From NCBI GenBank assembly GCA_043228905.1, contig JBHGNT010000008.1:15500001-15564000 (forward strand): 64,000 bases of DNA, in the 5' to 3' direction. Positions 50,001 to 60,050 of the stretch are shown here, one piece after another. Positions within the stretch are counted from its first letter, which is position 1, and the number at the start of each line of letters is the position of its first letter. Below the pieces are notes generated by a model. It did not search any database, was not told the origin of the DNA, and worked only from the letters and a program-made list of their open reading frames with translations. This DNA comes from Azolla caroliniana (taxonomy: Eukaryota > Plantae > Polypodiophyta). The position numbers were made by a program, and so were the translations under genes.

Positions 50001-52067
50001 AAATCTGGTGGCATAGCCGGATGCTCCGATACTTGCCCGACCTGGCTACACCGTTGCATGCCGCCATACAAAGCGTCACTCACCGGCAAATTGGCCCGGT
50101 GGACCTTACTGTTACAGGAGTTCGAGTTTGAAATATTCCACTGACCCGGTATACAGCATGTCGTGGCGGATTACTTAAGCCGATTAGAGTCCGAAGAGAC
50201 AGGTGACGGAGTAGCGGATGAGTTTCCGGATGCGGAGCTATTTCGAGTCACTACAGAGACGGCAGCAGATGAGACGGTGGCCGAGGAAGACAAGTAGCTC
50301 ACAAATATGCACCAGTTTTTGAGCACAGGATTGCCTCCGGAAGAGCTAAACCGGGACGAACGGAAACGCCTGGCGGTGCAAAGCCAACATTTCTGCTTAC
50401 TGCAAGACACACTGTACCACAAGGGCGTGGACGGCATATGGAGACGGGCGGTGCGCAGCGATGAAAAGGAACTGATACTGAGGGAAGCCCACTGCGGAGT
50501 TGTCGGAGGTCACTATGCCGGAGATGCGACGGCCAGGAAAATATGGCAAAGTGGCCTATGGTGGCCAACGACATTAAGAGATGCGGTACGGTACGCAAAA
50601 GAATGTGACCTATGCCAGAGAATGGGCCAGCCAATGGAGCAGGCTCGTATGCCACACCAGCCGGTACTACCACTCGAGCCATTCCAGAAGTGGGGGTTGG
50701 ACTTTGTAGGACCGTTCAAGCCACCGGCAATGAGAACGGGTAATCGGTACGTCATCGTTGCTACGGATTACTGCACGAAATGGGTGGAGGCCAAAGCTTT
50801 AAGGGACAACACCGCTGCGTCAATGGCGAAATTTCTATACGAGTACATCTGGTGCCGTTACGGATGCCCAATCGAATTAATAAGCGACCAAGGGGGGCAC
50901 TTCCTCGGCCAAGTAGTCGAAAGCCTGACGACATTCTATGCCGTTGTCCACAAACGGAGCACACCTTACTATCCACAGGCGAACAGTTTAGCAAAATCAA
51001 CGAACAAGACACTCCAGAATATCCTCCGGAAGATCGTCAACGAAAACCGAACGGATTGGGACACAAAGCTACATAGCGCGCTTTGGGCATACCGGACAGC
51101 ATACAAGACGAGCATCCGAACAACACCGTTCCGATTAGCGTTCGGACTAGAGGCGGTAATGCCGGTGGAATTCCAAGTACCCAGCTTACGGATCCAGCTA
51201 TGGGAATGGCTGAACGAGAAGGAGTCGGAGGCAATACGGTTGACAGCGTTGTGTGAACTCGAGGAACAACGACTGGCCAGCATCCTGCACTTAGAATTGG
51301 AGCAGCGGCGACGGAAAGCATTTGTCGACCGGCACAGGAAAGGAAACGAAAAAATATTCGCAATCGGCAAACCGGTGTTAGTATTTCAGACCCGGATGGG
51401 CAAGATGCCGGGTAAACTACGGTTTAGATGGACCGGACCGTATTGGCTAACACAGGAGTATAATGGGTCCTACCAGTTAGGGACACTTGCCGGCGAAGTG
51501 CTAGGCAAATGGGTCAACGGATTCCGGTTGAAGCCATATAGAGGACCGATGCCTAAGAACCCATTTGAGCAAAGGACCGACACCAGTGAGGGAAACGGCA
51601 ACCACCAAGACGGCAGAGACGGCGAGCCGGTAACTGGGGAAAATGAGGCCGGTAAGGGTTCGAGAGGACCAACAGACAAGTAACGTTACACTAAATTAAA
51701 TTATTATTAATAAATAAATAAATAAATAAATAAAACAATCATGCAAAAGCGAGGAATGAATGGATGAAAGAGCGAGGAGCAAAAAGGTAGGTAGTGGGCA
51801 TTTAAAACGCCACCACAGGACATAATGCTATTTTAGTACACAACATGCACACACTCGAAAAAGGCGCCAAAATGCACAGACAAAAACCATTGCGCGTAGA
51901 GACCCTTTACTTTCGCGAACCAAGGAGCACAGAAGCACTAAGACGCTGCAAGATCATCAGACGAGAACCTGCGCACAGAGAACCCCCGCCTTCTGAACTC
52001 TCTCTCTCTCAACCTCACTCTCATCACCATCCAACCTCGCCATCGCAATCCGACCTCGACACAAAAA

Positions 52068-54728
52068 TGGACCCGCAAACGTTGTCGGAAGCCGCCAAGA
52101 CATGGCTAAAGCAACACGGGCTCGAGGGCTTCTTGATGATGATGGAAGTACCGCCACACAAAGAAGCCGACAAAGTGATCAAAGAAATCGACACAGAGGT
52201 CATAACGGCAGAGGCGTTTCGAGCGTTAACAGGCCTTCCGGAGGGAGGCATACTCACGATCGACAATCCAACCCCGGAGCAACTCATCAGGTATTTTGGT
52301 GAGTACTCTCTAGCCAGCAAGGGCTACCGGACACAAGGCGGCGGAGATATGCTGTTCCGCGAGATTGCTCGGGTGCTCCACGAATATGGCCACGTGTACC
52401 CTAGACCCCCTGTCATGCCACAGAACCGAGCAGGGATGATCATCGCCACCTATGAAGGGATCAAGGTGGATTGATCAGTATTGATCGCAGACAGGTTGTG
52501 TGCGGCGATCAAGATCGTCAGAGGCAAAGACGGCAAAGAAGGCCGAGACGGACGGAGGATATGGCACGCCGTAACGCAGTGGCTCACCTTGCTTGTGCCA
52601 CCCGTCCAGCCCAAGAAGCGAGGAAGAGTGGCGGACGACACCCCAAAGACGGCTTCCAAACGACAACAGTTGTTAGCCTCTAAGGCCAGTAAGGGAAAGG
52701 CAACGGATGCAAAACAGGCGGCAGCCGGAATCGTCCAACGGAGGCGCAGGAGGAACCACCGGCACGGCCCGTAAAGGTTACACTCCGCAGACCGGTGAAT
52801 AGAGAAGCGGACCCCTTGGCGGCAAAACTCAATGCCGGGGCTCAGGAAGAGGAAATAGAGGAGGAGCCTACGGAGCACCTCCAGCGACGGTCGTCAACAA
52901 GGACCGTTGAGGCAGTCGGGAAACGTTCGGACCCTCAGACGGAGGGAACACCGGCTCCCCATACTGAGACTCCGACGCCAAGGAAGGAACCGGAACCGGT
53001 GCGCATGGCACCGGAATCAGCAGCCCCGGCAACGCCGGCAAGTCCCATCCCTCCAGAGCCGAAAAGGTCAATGCAGCCTCCCTCGGTCAGCCAAGAAGAA
53101 GCGCAAGGGGAACCAGGACAGTAGGGTGGTCCACGGGCAGAAACGGAACTGCAACTCGGCGCAACCAGGCGGGACCACCCATCTACAAGTGAGCCCATCT
53201 GTCAAACCTCCGTGCAAGCACAACAAGGCACCGGTAGCCTGTGGCTCCGATGGATAGGCGAACAGATTGCCGGAGCAGTGGGGTATATTGAGGCGGAAGA
53301 AAGAGCGCAAAGCGAACGGTTGCTCGTCACAACCGAACAACTGGAGACGGCCCGGTCCAGAATCCGGTGCCTTGAAAAAGACTTGGATCAGGTCACGACA
53401 GAGATGGCCAAAATGGCCTTAACGGCAACACAGATCCAATCACCGGTGACTCCGGTAAGTGTACAGAATAAAGAAACGGATCGACCTGTACATACCAATA
53501 AGACCCCGGCAACGGAAACCGTTTCGGCGAGAGATGCGGCGCAAACCCAGGAGCTTGCGGAATTGAGAGATGAACTTGCCGCACAAGAAGCGCTAAGGAG
53601 CCGTGAACGGGAATTGAAGACAGCGGCCGAATCCGAATTAAAGAAGACGGTTGAGAACCTCCGCCGGGCAGAGGAGAGCCTCCGGAAAGGCCATCAAGCG
53701 TACGACCGGCTAAAGGAGGAGAAAGATAAAGTGCTGCAGGAAAAGGACAAGCTGCGAAAAACGGCGGAAACAGAGATTGAACGGCTAAAGGAAGAGCTCC
53801 GCCAGCAGAAGGACCGCGAGGACCGGGCCCATCGTCAGATCAACGCACAGCTCAAGCAAAAGACGGATGATTTTGAGCACCTGCACCGGGACTACAAACG
53901 GCTGGAAACGGAGCATAAGGAACGGATGGCCGAGCTCCAGCAAGAAGTTGATCAGCCCGCAACAGCGATCGCCGACGAACGTGCGGAAAATACAAGACGC
54001 TTGGACGAGGCGGAGAAGGTCCGGATGGAGCTCCAGAGGCAGCAGCAGGAAGACAAAGAGAGAGCGTCAACAGTATTGCAGAAATTACAAAGCACATATC
54101 AAAGGCAATTGACGCATTACAAGGCGCAGGCGGAGGACAACGTCAAAATCATCAAACAACTGAAGGAGGAACGGCAAGCGGCGGAAACCAAATCTCAATT
54201 GGGAACGAGCCGGATTCAGTCCATCCTTCGGGCATGGCTGAATCAGACAAAACACTTGATTGATGAAAGCTCCGTAAAATGGTGGACAAAGTGGGCACAA
54301 AACGCGGCGGAACTCCAGTTGCTACGGGCAGATGTGGCAAATCGGCGGAAGGAAGGAGATGATTGTTATACGTTGACTTCTGAGGACTTCACCGCCATAC
54401 GGGACGAGCTGGCCGACGACTTCCAAGCCCTGGCAGATGAACAGCTGGCGCAGGTCAGGCAGCTCGTAGCTCAGCTAGACGATGATAGGCTGGACGCTCA
54501 AATTCAGTTTGAAAGCTACGAGCGGTCTCGGGTTCGGGAAGAAAAAGCAAGGGAAGCGGCAACGGTTAACCTTAGTGATGAGGAACCGTCGCCGGCTGAG
54601 GGCCAACCCGGAACCAGTCAACCGGAGACCACTACGACGAAAGGAGCAACGACGGAGACGCCGGTGTTAGAGCAACAAATGGAGGAGCAGCCGCAGCAGC
54701 CACCAACGGACCCGCCGCAGCAGACATC
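52068..54728 (+). pseudogene. Accessory ORF downstream of pol (globular N-domain, Pro-rich linker, long coiled coil); tail resumes 60519-60614
   Basis: ORF pieces 51845-52474, 52481-52774, 52795-53124 and 53212-54783. Homolog on minus at 40043-40990. Confidence 0.75.
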
Positions 54729-55287
54729 TGTCATGATAACAGTCACATCATGCATCGAAAGGATCATGACACTCACATTATGACTCGAAAGGATTTGAAC
54801 CCACGACCTTGTTGTACACATGTCAAATCCTTAACCATTGTATTAATATTCTTATATGTATAGTCTCTAGAATATGAAATCTAATATCATAGGAATATTC
54901 TATATTACTCTACATTCTAGAATGACCTAGAATATTCTAGAGTGTTCTATACCACTAGAACCTTCTAGAATACTCTAGAGATCTTCTAGATTACTCTACA
55001 TTCTAGGATAACCTAGAATATTCTAGAGAGTTCTCTATTACTTATAAATAGGGATCTACCACCCATCCCAAACCTAAATTGGTTCAACGCCATTTTGTAG
55101 CCTACTCTTTGTAATCCATTTTACGCTTCAATATAATAATTCTCTTTCAATTATCTCTCTATCTCTTTTTCTCTCTCTTTCTCTCTCTCAATCTTGACAG
55201 TTTGAACCAATTTTCTTCCTTTCATCTCTTCGTCTTCCACAAACCCTAACAAGTTCTCTTCTTCCTTCTCCTCTCCCCTCATAAGCT

Positions 55288-56412
55288 ATGGAGTCCGTGA
55301 GCAAACAAGAATACATGCGTGTTCTTTCTGAGCTCGACATGCTCACGAATAAATTTGTGGCATTAGAGCATGAGAATCAAAGGCTACTTGGAGATCTACA
55401 ACACGTGAGCGCCGAAAAAGCTCAACAATATGAAGAGTTATCACAGCGGGTTCATCAACTTGAGGCGACTATATTGTCATTACGAGAACAAGCGTCGGGG
55501 GCTCAGAACTCCCCTAGAGAGCCAAAGATCAGCCTCCCTGCCAAGTTTGATGGTACGAGGTCTTTATTTCGAGGCTTTTTGAATCAAGTTCGTTTAGTTA
55601 TTCAGCTACATCCCAATCGGTATCCAACTGATGCTGCTCGTGTGGGATTAGTGGGAACTTTGCTATGCGGTACGGCGTTAGCATGGTTCGCACCACTTCT
55701 CGAGAAGAAATCACCATTGCTGGAGGATTTCGAGGCCTTTGTTAAAGAGTTTCAAGCTAGTTTCGGAGACACCGACAGCACTAGGACAGCGATAAACAAG
55801 ATTCGAAGGCTCCGACAAGGAGATCGTCCCGCATCATCTTATGCAGCCGATTTCCGTCTCTTGGCATGCGATATCCCTTGGGATGAGGCAGCTTTAATGG
55901 ATCAATTCCGTCAAGGTTTGAGAAATGATGTCAAAGATCTTCTTCTTACTTTCCCTGAAGATCCGAAGTCACTTACAGAAGCCATTAGTCGAGCTGTGCG
56001 ATGTGATAATCGCCTATTTGAGCGACGTTCTGAGCGCCAACAAATGTTACGCCGCCAACCTGAACAGACTTACGCTTCCGTAGTCGCAACACCTCCACAA
56101 GTTTCTAGACCCATTACAAGGGATGGCCCAACTCCGATGGAAATAGAGTCAACACAACGTCGTGGGCCGTTATCAGATGCTGAGAAGCAACGACGTCGAG
56201 CGCATCGCCTCTGCCTGTATTGTGGTGGTCCAGGACATATAGCTGTAAATTGTCCACATAAACCTAGGCGTCAAGTATACCAAGTAAGTGCCCATGAAAA
56301 CCCTACATCGAGTTCTATTGTTACTTCTAATAACATAAATAAGCCTCATAGTCCATGTCATGAGAATAGATTCGATGTCTTGAGTCAATTAGAGGATGTG
56401 TTAAACGAGTAA
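55288..56412 (+). CDS. Gag (PEG10/sushi-like capsid plus CCHC knuckle)
   Basis: PAKFDGTR..FRGFL, LRQG, GPTPMEI, CLYCGGPGHIAVNC. Confidence 0.95.
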   Translation: MESVSKQEYMRVLSELDMLTNKFVALEHENQRLLGDLQHVSAEKAQQYEELSQRVHQLEATILSLREQASGAQNSPREPKISLPAKFDGTRSLFRGFLNQVRLVIQLHPNRYPTDAARVGLVGTLLCGTALAWFAPLLEKKSPLLEDFEAFVKEFQASFGDTDSTRTAINKIRRLRQGDRPASSYAADFRLLACDIPWDEAALMDQFRQGLRNDVKDLLLTFPEDPKSLTEAISRAVRCDNRLFERRSERQQMLRRQPEQTYASVVATPPQVSRPITRDGPTPMEIESTQRRGPLSDAEKQRRRAHRLCLYCGGPGHIAVNCPHKPRRQVYQVSAHENPTSSSIVTSNNINKPHSPCHENRFDVLSQLEDVLNE

Positions 56413-59400
56413 GTCCGGCCAAAATAGGAGCCATTTGGCTGGACCATCCTAGCTATGTAGAGTTAGTTCCTAGTCGTGGTTCCATTTCATCAAATCAAGT
56501 GAGTCGAGTTTTTTCAGCACAAGTCGAGCTTACCACATCTACATGTCATCGAGTCCTAGCCTCTGCCCTTCTAGATTCTGGAGCCAACTCTTGTTTCATG
56601 GATCGTGAATTTGCCTTGTCACAAAACATCCTCTTGAATAAGCTTCCCAACCCAGTAGCCGTAGGAGTCATCGATGGACGTCCCATAGCATCAGGAGATA
56701 TAGTCGAGGAGTCCGAGCCAATTAGGATAGTTCTTGGCAATTTGGCAAGCATAATCTCTTTCAATATTATTCGTAGTCCGGACCACCCAATAGTTCTAGG
56801 TCTCCCTTGGTTTGAACTCCATAACCCGAAGATTGATTGGATGAAAAGAACAATTGAGGACACTCGGGAAAAAAGCACAAATCCCGCATCCCTCTCTCCT
56901 ACATGTGCTAATAGATCCCCGGAGTTATCGCCCATCTCTTTACGACAGTTGCGGGAGGAAGGGGGGAACGAGGCCATGTTCGTCTTCGCAATAGTAGCAA
57001 CTCCATCATCCACTTCACGTGACGCGGATATTAAACTACCAGAGAAATACAAGGAGTTTTCAGATGTCTTTGATAAGGTGAAGGCCAATACATTGCCGGA
57101 GCATCGGCCATACGACTGCCCTATTGACTTACAACCAGGGAAAGAACCTCCATGGGACCCAATTTATAATCTCTCCCCTATAGAGCTAGAGACTTTGCGG
57201 GAATATATTGATGAGAATCTGGCAAACGGATTCATTCGGCATTCTAGATCCCCTGCTGGTGCACCTATCTTCTTCGTTAAGAAGAAGAATGGGACTCTTC
57301 GGTTGGTCGTGGATTATCGAGGGCTAAACAAAGTGACTATCCGAAATAGATATGCTCTACCATTAATCCCGAATCTTTTGGAACGTCTCAATGGTGCAAA
57401 ATATTTCACGAAGTTGGACCTTCGTGGAGCATATAATCTAGTTCGGATTCGCCCGGGGGATGAATGGAAGACAGCTTTCCGCACTCGCTATGGACATTTT
57501 GAGTATACAGTGATGCCATTTGGTCTCACGAATGCACCTGCTGTTTTCCAACATATGGCGAACGATATTTTTCGAGATTTTCTTGATATCTTCACTATAG
57601 TTTACCTAGATGATATTTTAATCTACTCAAAGACCCAAGAGGAGCATGATGCACATGTTCGTCAAGTACTATGCCGACTCCGAGAATATGGTCTCTACGC
57701 AAAACTAGAAAAGTGTAGTTTCGGCCAGAATCAAGTGGAATTTTTGGGGTATGTTGTATCGTCAAATGGTATTGCTATGGACCCCATGAAGGTACAGGCA
57801 ATTTTAGAGTGGCAAACGCCCCTTTCAGTGCGTGATGTGCAATGTTTTCTCGGGTTTGCAAATTTTTATCGGAAATTTATTAAAGATTATTCCAAGGTTG
57901 TGCTTCCGCTTACTCAGCTCACACATAAAGATCAACCATTTATATGGAGTTCAGATGCATCCGAGGCATTCGAAAGCTTAAAACGAGCATTTACAACGGC
58001 ACCTATCTTAGCACATGTCAACCCAACAAAACGCTTCATCCTCGAAGCCGATGCATCCGATTTTGCACTAGGGAGTGTCCTCTCGCAGACTGGAGATGAT
58101 GGACAACTACACCCTGTCGCCTTTCATTCACGAAAGTTTGAAGCTGCAGAGATCAACTACGAGATCCATGACAAAGAGCTTCTTGCAATCGTGGATTCGT
58201 TTCAACAATGGCGACATTTCCTAGAAGGTTCTTCTCAGCAGATCATTGTCTACAATGATCATAAGAACCTGACTTATTTCCAAAATGCTCGAGTCTTGAG
58301 TCGGCGACAAGCCCGGTGGGCGCAATTTTTGACTCACTTCGACTTTATCATCATATATCGCCCTGGGATGCAGCAAGGCAAAGCAGATGCTCTTTCTCGG
58401 CGCTCTTATATGGAACTTCGTCCAGGGGAACCTGCTTTTGAGCATCAAAAACAAATCCTTTTGGGTCCTAATCGATTACGATTAATGGTAGTTAATGCCA
58501 TAACAGCCCTTGAAAATCCCACTCTTCTTGATTCCATTCGAGATCATATGGCCACTGATGATTTTGCCAAGGATGTTTTGGATCATATCGTCCCGGATCG
58601 TGCTTCTTGCTCACAGTCGAAAAATCCTCGTAATGACTATTGTCAGTTCTATTGGCATGATGGTTTTCTATTTCGACAAAATTTATTGTATGTTCCTGAT
58701 GGTCCCCCACGGCTACAAGTTTTGCAACATTGCCATGACTCACCAATGGCTGGTCATTTTGGAGTTCACAAGACTCTAGAATTAATTTCTCGATGCTATT
58801 GGTGGCCTCGCCTTCGTCATTTTGTTGAGGAGTATGTTCGGAGTTGTGATATATGTTGTCGATCAAAGAATCCTCGTCACCGACCCTATGGCCTACTACA
58901 ACCACTTCCCATTCCGGAAACACCTTGGAAGTCTATATCCTTGGACTTCATTACTGATCTCCTAGTTTCAAAAGGTTTTGATGCAATTCTGACAGTGGTT
59001 GATCGATTTACCAAAATGGCACATTTCTTGCCATGTACAAAGTCAATTACTAGTCAAGAGACGGCTGATCTCGTTATGTGGGAGGTATTTAAGCATCATG
59101 GTCTGCCAGATGATATTATTAGTGATCGTGGTCCACAATTCATCTCAAAGTTTTGGAAGCACCTGTTCAAACTTCTCCACATTTCAGTTAAGCTTTCTTC
59201 GGGCTATCATCCTGAAACAAATGGTCAAACAGAGCGTACCAACCAGACATTGGAACAATATCTTCGTTGTTTCATCAACTATCAACAAGATGATTGGGTT
59301 GCATTTTTGCACTTGGCGGAATTCGCTTACAACAACTCAGCCCATTCTTCTACAGGATATTCCCCATTTTTCGCAAATACGGGCTGTCATCCTCGATGGA

Positions 59401-60050
59401 CGATGAATGCGCATCCAGAAGTTCCTACCAACCCTGCTGCCGAGGATCGTCTTAGTCGCCTCCAAGAAATTCAAGCTAACATTCTCCACAATTTGCACGA
59501 TGCTCAATTTACACACAAGAGGCTTGCCGATCGTCATCGTCTAGACTCCTCAAAAAAGTTCCGCATTGGGGATCATGTATGGCTTCTCCAACACAATATC
59601 AAGACCACTCGACCTTGCAATAAATTGGATTACCAACGTTTTGGCCCTTACATGATCACTGGTAAGATAAGTGATGTTGCATTTCGTCTTGACCTCCCTC
59701 CGCACATGCATCTTCATCCGGTGTTTCATGTATCCCTTTTGGAACCTTATACTACAAGTTCAATTCCGGGCCGTCTTACGACACCCCCACCACCTGTCGA
59801 GTTCTTGGACGGGCCTGAATTTGAAGTTGCTGCCGTTCTCGATTCTAAAATCGTGCGCAACAAGTTGTATTACTTGGTCGATTGGCTAGGCTATACCCCC
59901 AATGATCGAACTTGGGAACCTGCCACAAATCTTTCCAATGCTGCAGAACTCGTCAATGCATTTCATCGCCAATATCCTTGTAAACCAGGTCCTAATACAA
60001 ACCCTACGACCCGTGAGACGTGTCGTCGAAGAAGGGGGATAGTGTCATGA
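56400..60050 (+). CDS. Pol (protease, RT, RNase H, integrase, chromodomain), entered by -1 frameshift
   Basis: LLDSGA, KLDLRGAY...YLDD, EADASD...DKELL, GHFG...CDIC, SLDFI...SDRG...TERTN, FEVAAVLDSK...YLVDWLGY...TWEP. The -1 frame is open from the slippery site at 56400. Confidence 0.95.
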   Translation, partial: VKRVSPAKIGAIWLDHPSYVELVPSRGSISSNQVSRVFSAQVELTTSTCHRVLASALLDSGANSCFMDREFALSQNILLNKLPNPVAVGVIDGRPIASGDIVEESEPIRIVLGNLASIISFNIIRSPDHPIVLGLPWFELHNPKIDWMKRTIEDTREKSTNPASLSPTCANRSPELSPISLRQLREEGGNEAMFVFAIVATPSSTSRDADIKLPEKYKEFSDVFDKVKANTLPEHRPYDCPIDLQPGKEPPWDPIYNLSPIELETLREYIDENLANGFIRHSRSPAGAPIFFVKKKNGTLRLVVDYRGLNKVTIRNRYALPLIPNLLERLNGAKYFTKLDLRGAYNLVRIRPGDEWKTAFRTRYGHFEYTVMPFGLTNAPAVFQHMANDIFRDFLDIFTIVYLDDILIYSKTQEEHDAHVRQVLCRLREYGLYAKLEKCSFGQNQVEFLGYVVSSNGIAMDPMKVQAILEWQTPLSVRDVQCFLGFANFYRKFIKDYSKVVLPLTQLTHKDQPFIWSSDASEAFESLKRAFTTAPILAHVNPTKRFILEADASDFALGSVLSQTGDDGQLHPVAFHSRKFEAAEINYEIHDKELLAIVDSFQQWRHFLEGSSQQIIVYNDHKNLTYFQNARVLSRRQARWAQFLTHFDFIIIYRPGMQQGKADALSRRSYMELRPGEPAFEHQKQILLGPNRLRLMVVNAITALENPTLLDSIRDHMATDDFAKDVLDHIVPDRASCSQSKNPRNDYCQFYWHDGFLFRQNLLYVPDGPPRLQVLQHCHDSPMAGHFGVHKTLELISRCYWWPRLRHFVEEYVRSCDICCRSKNPRHRPYGLLQPLPIPETPWKSISLDFITDLLVSKGFDAILTVVDRFTKMAHFLPCTKSITSQETADLVMWEVFKHHGLPDDIISDRGPQFISKFWKHLFKLLHISVKLSSGYHPETNGQTERTNQTLEQYLRCFINYQQDDWVAFLHLAEFAYNNSAHSSTGYSPFFANTGCHPRWTMNAHPEVPTNPAAEDRLSRLQEIQANILHNLHDAQFTHKRLADRHRLDSSKKFRIGDHVWLLQHNIKTTRPCNKLDYQRFGPYMITGKISDVAFRLDLPPHMHLHPVFHVSLLEPYTTSSIPGRLTTPPPPVEFLDGPEFEVAAVLDSKIVRNKLYYLVDWLGYTPNDRTWEPATNLSNAAELVNAFHRQYPCKPGPNTNPTTRETCRRRRGIVS

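Noticed and set aside
53212-54783. Host myosin/SMC-like coiled-coil gene
   Set aside because: Lies between the LTRs of Gypsy E, is intronless, and continues the element's accessory ORF.
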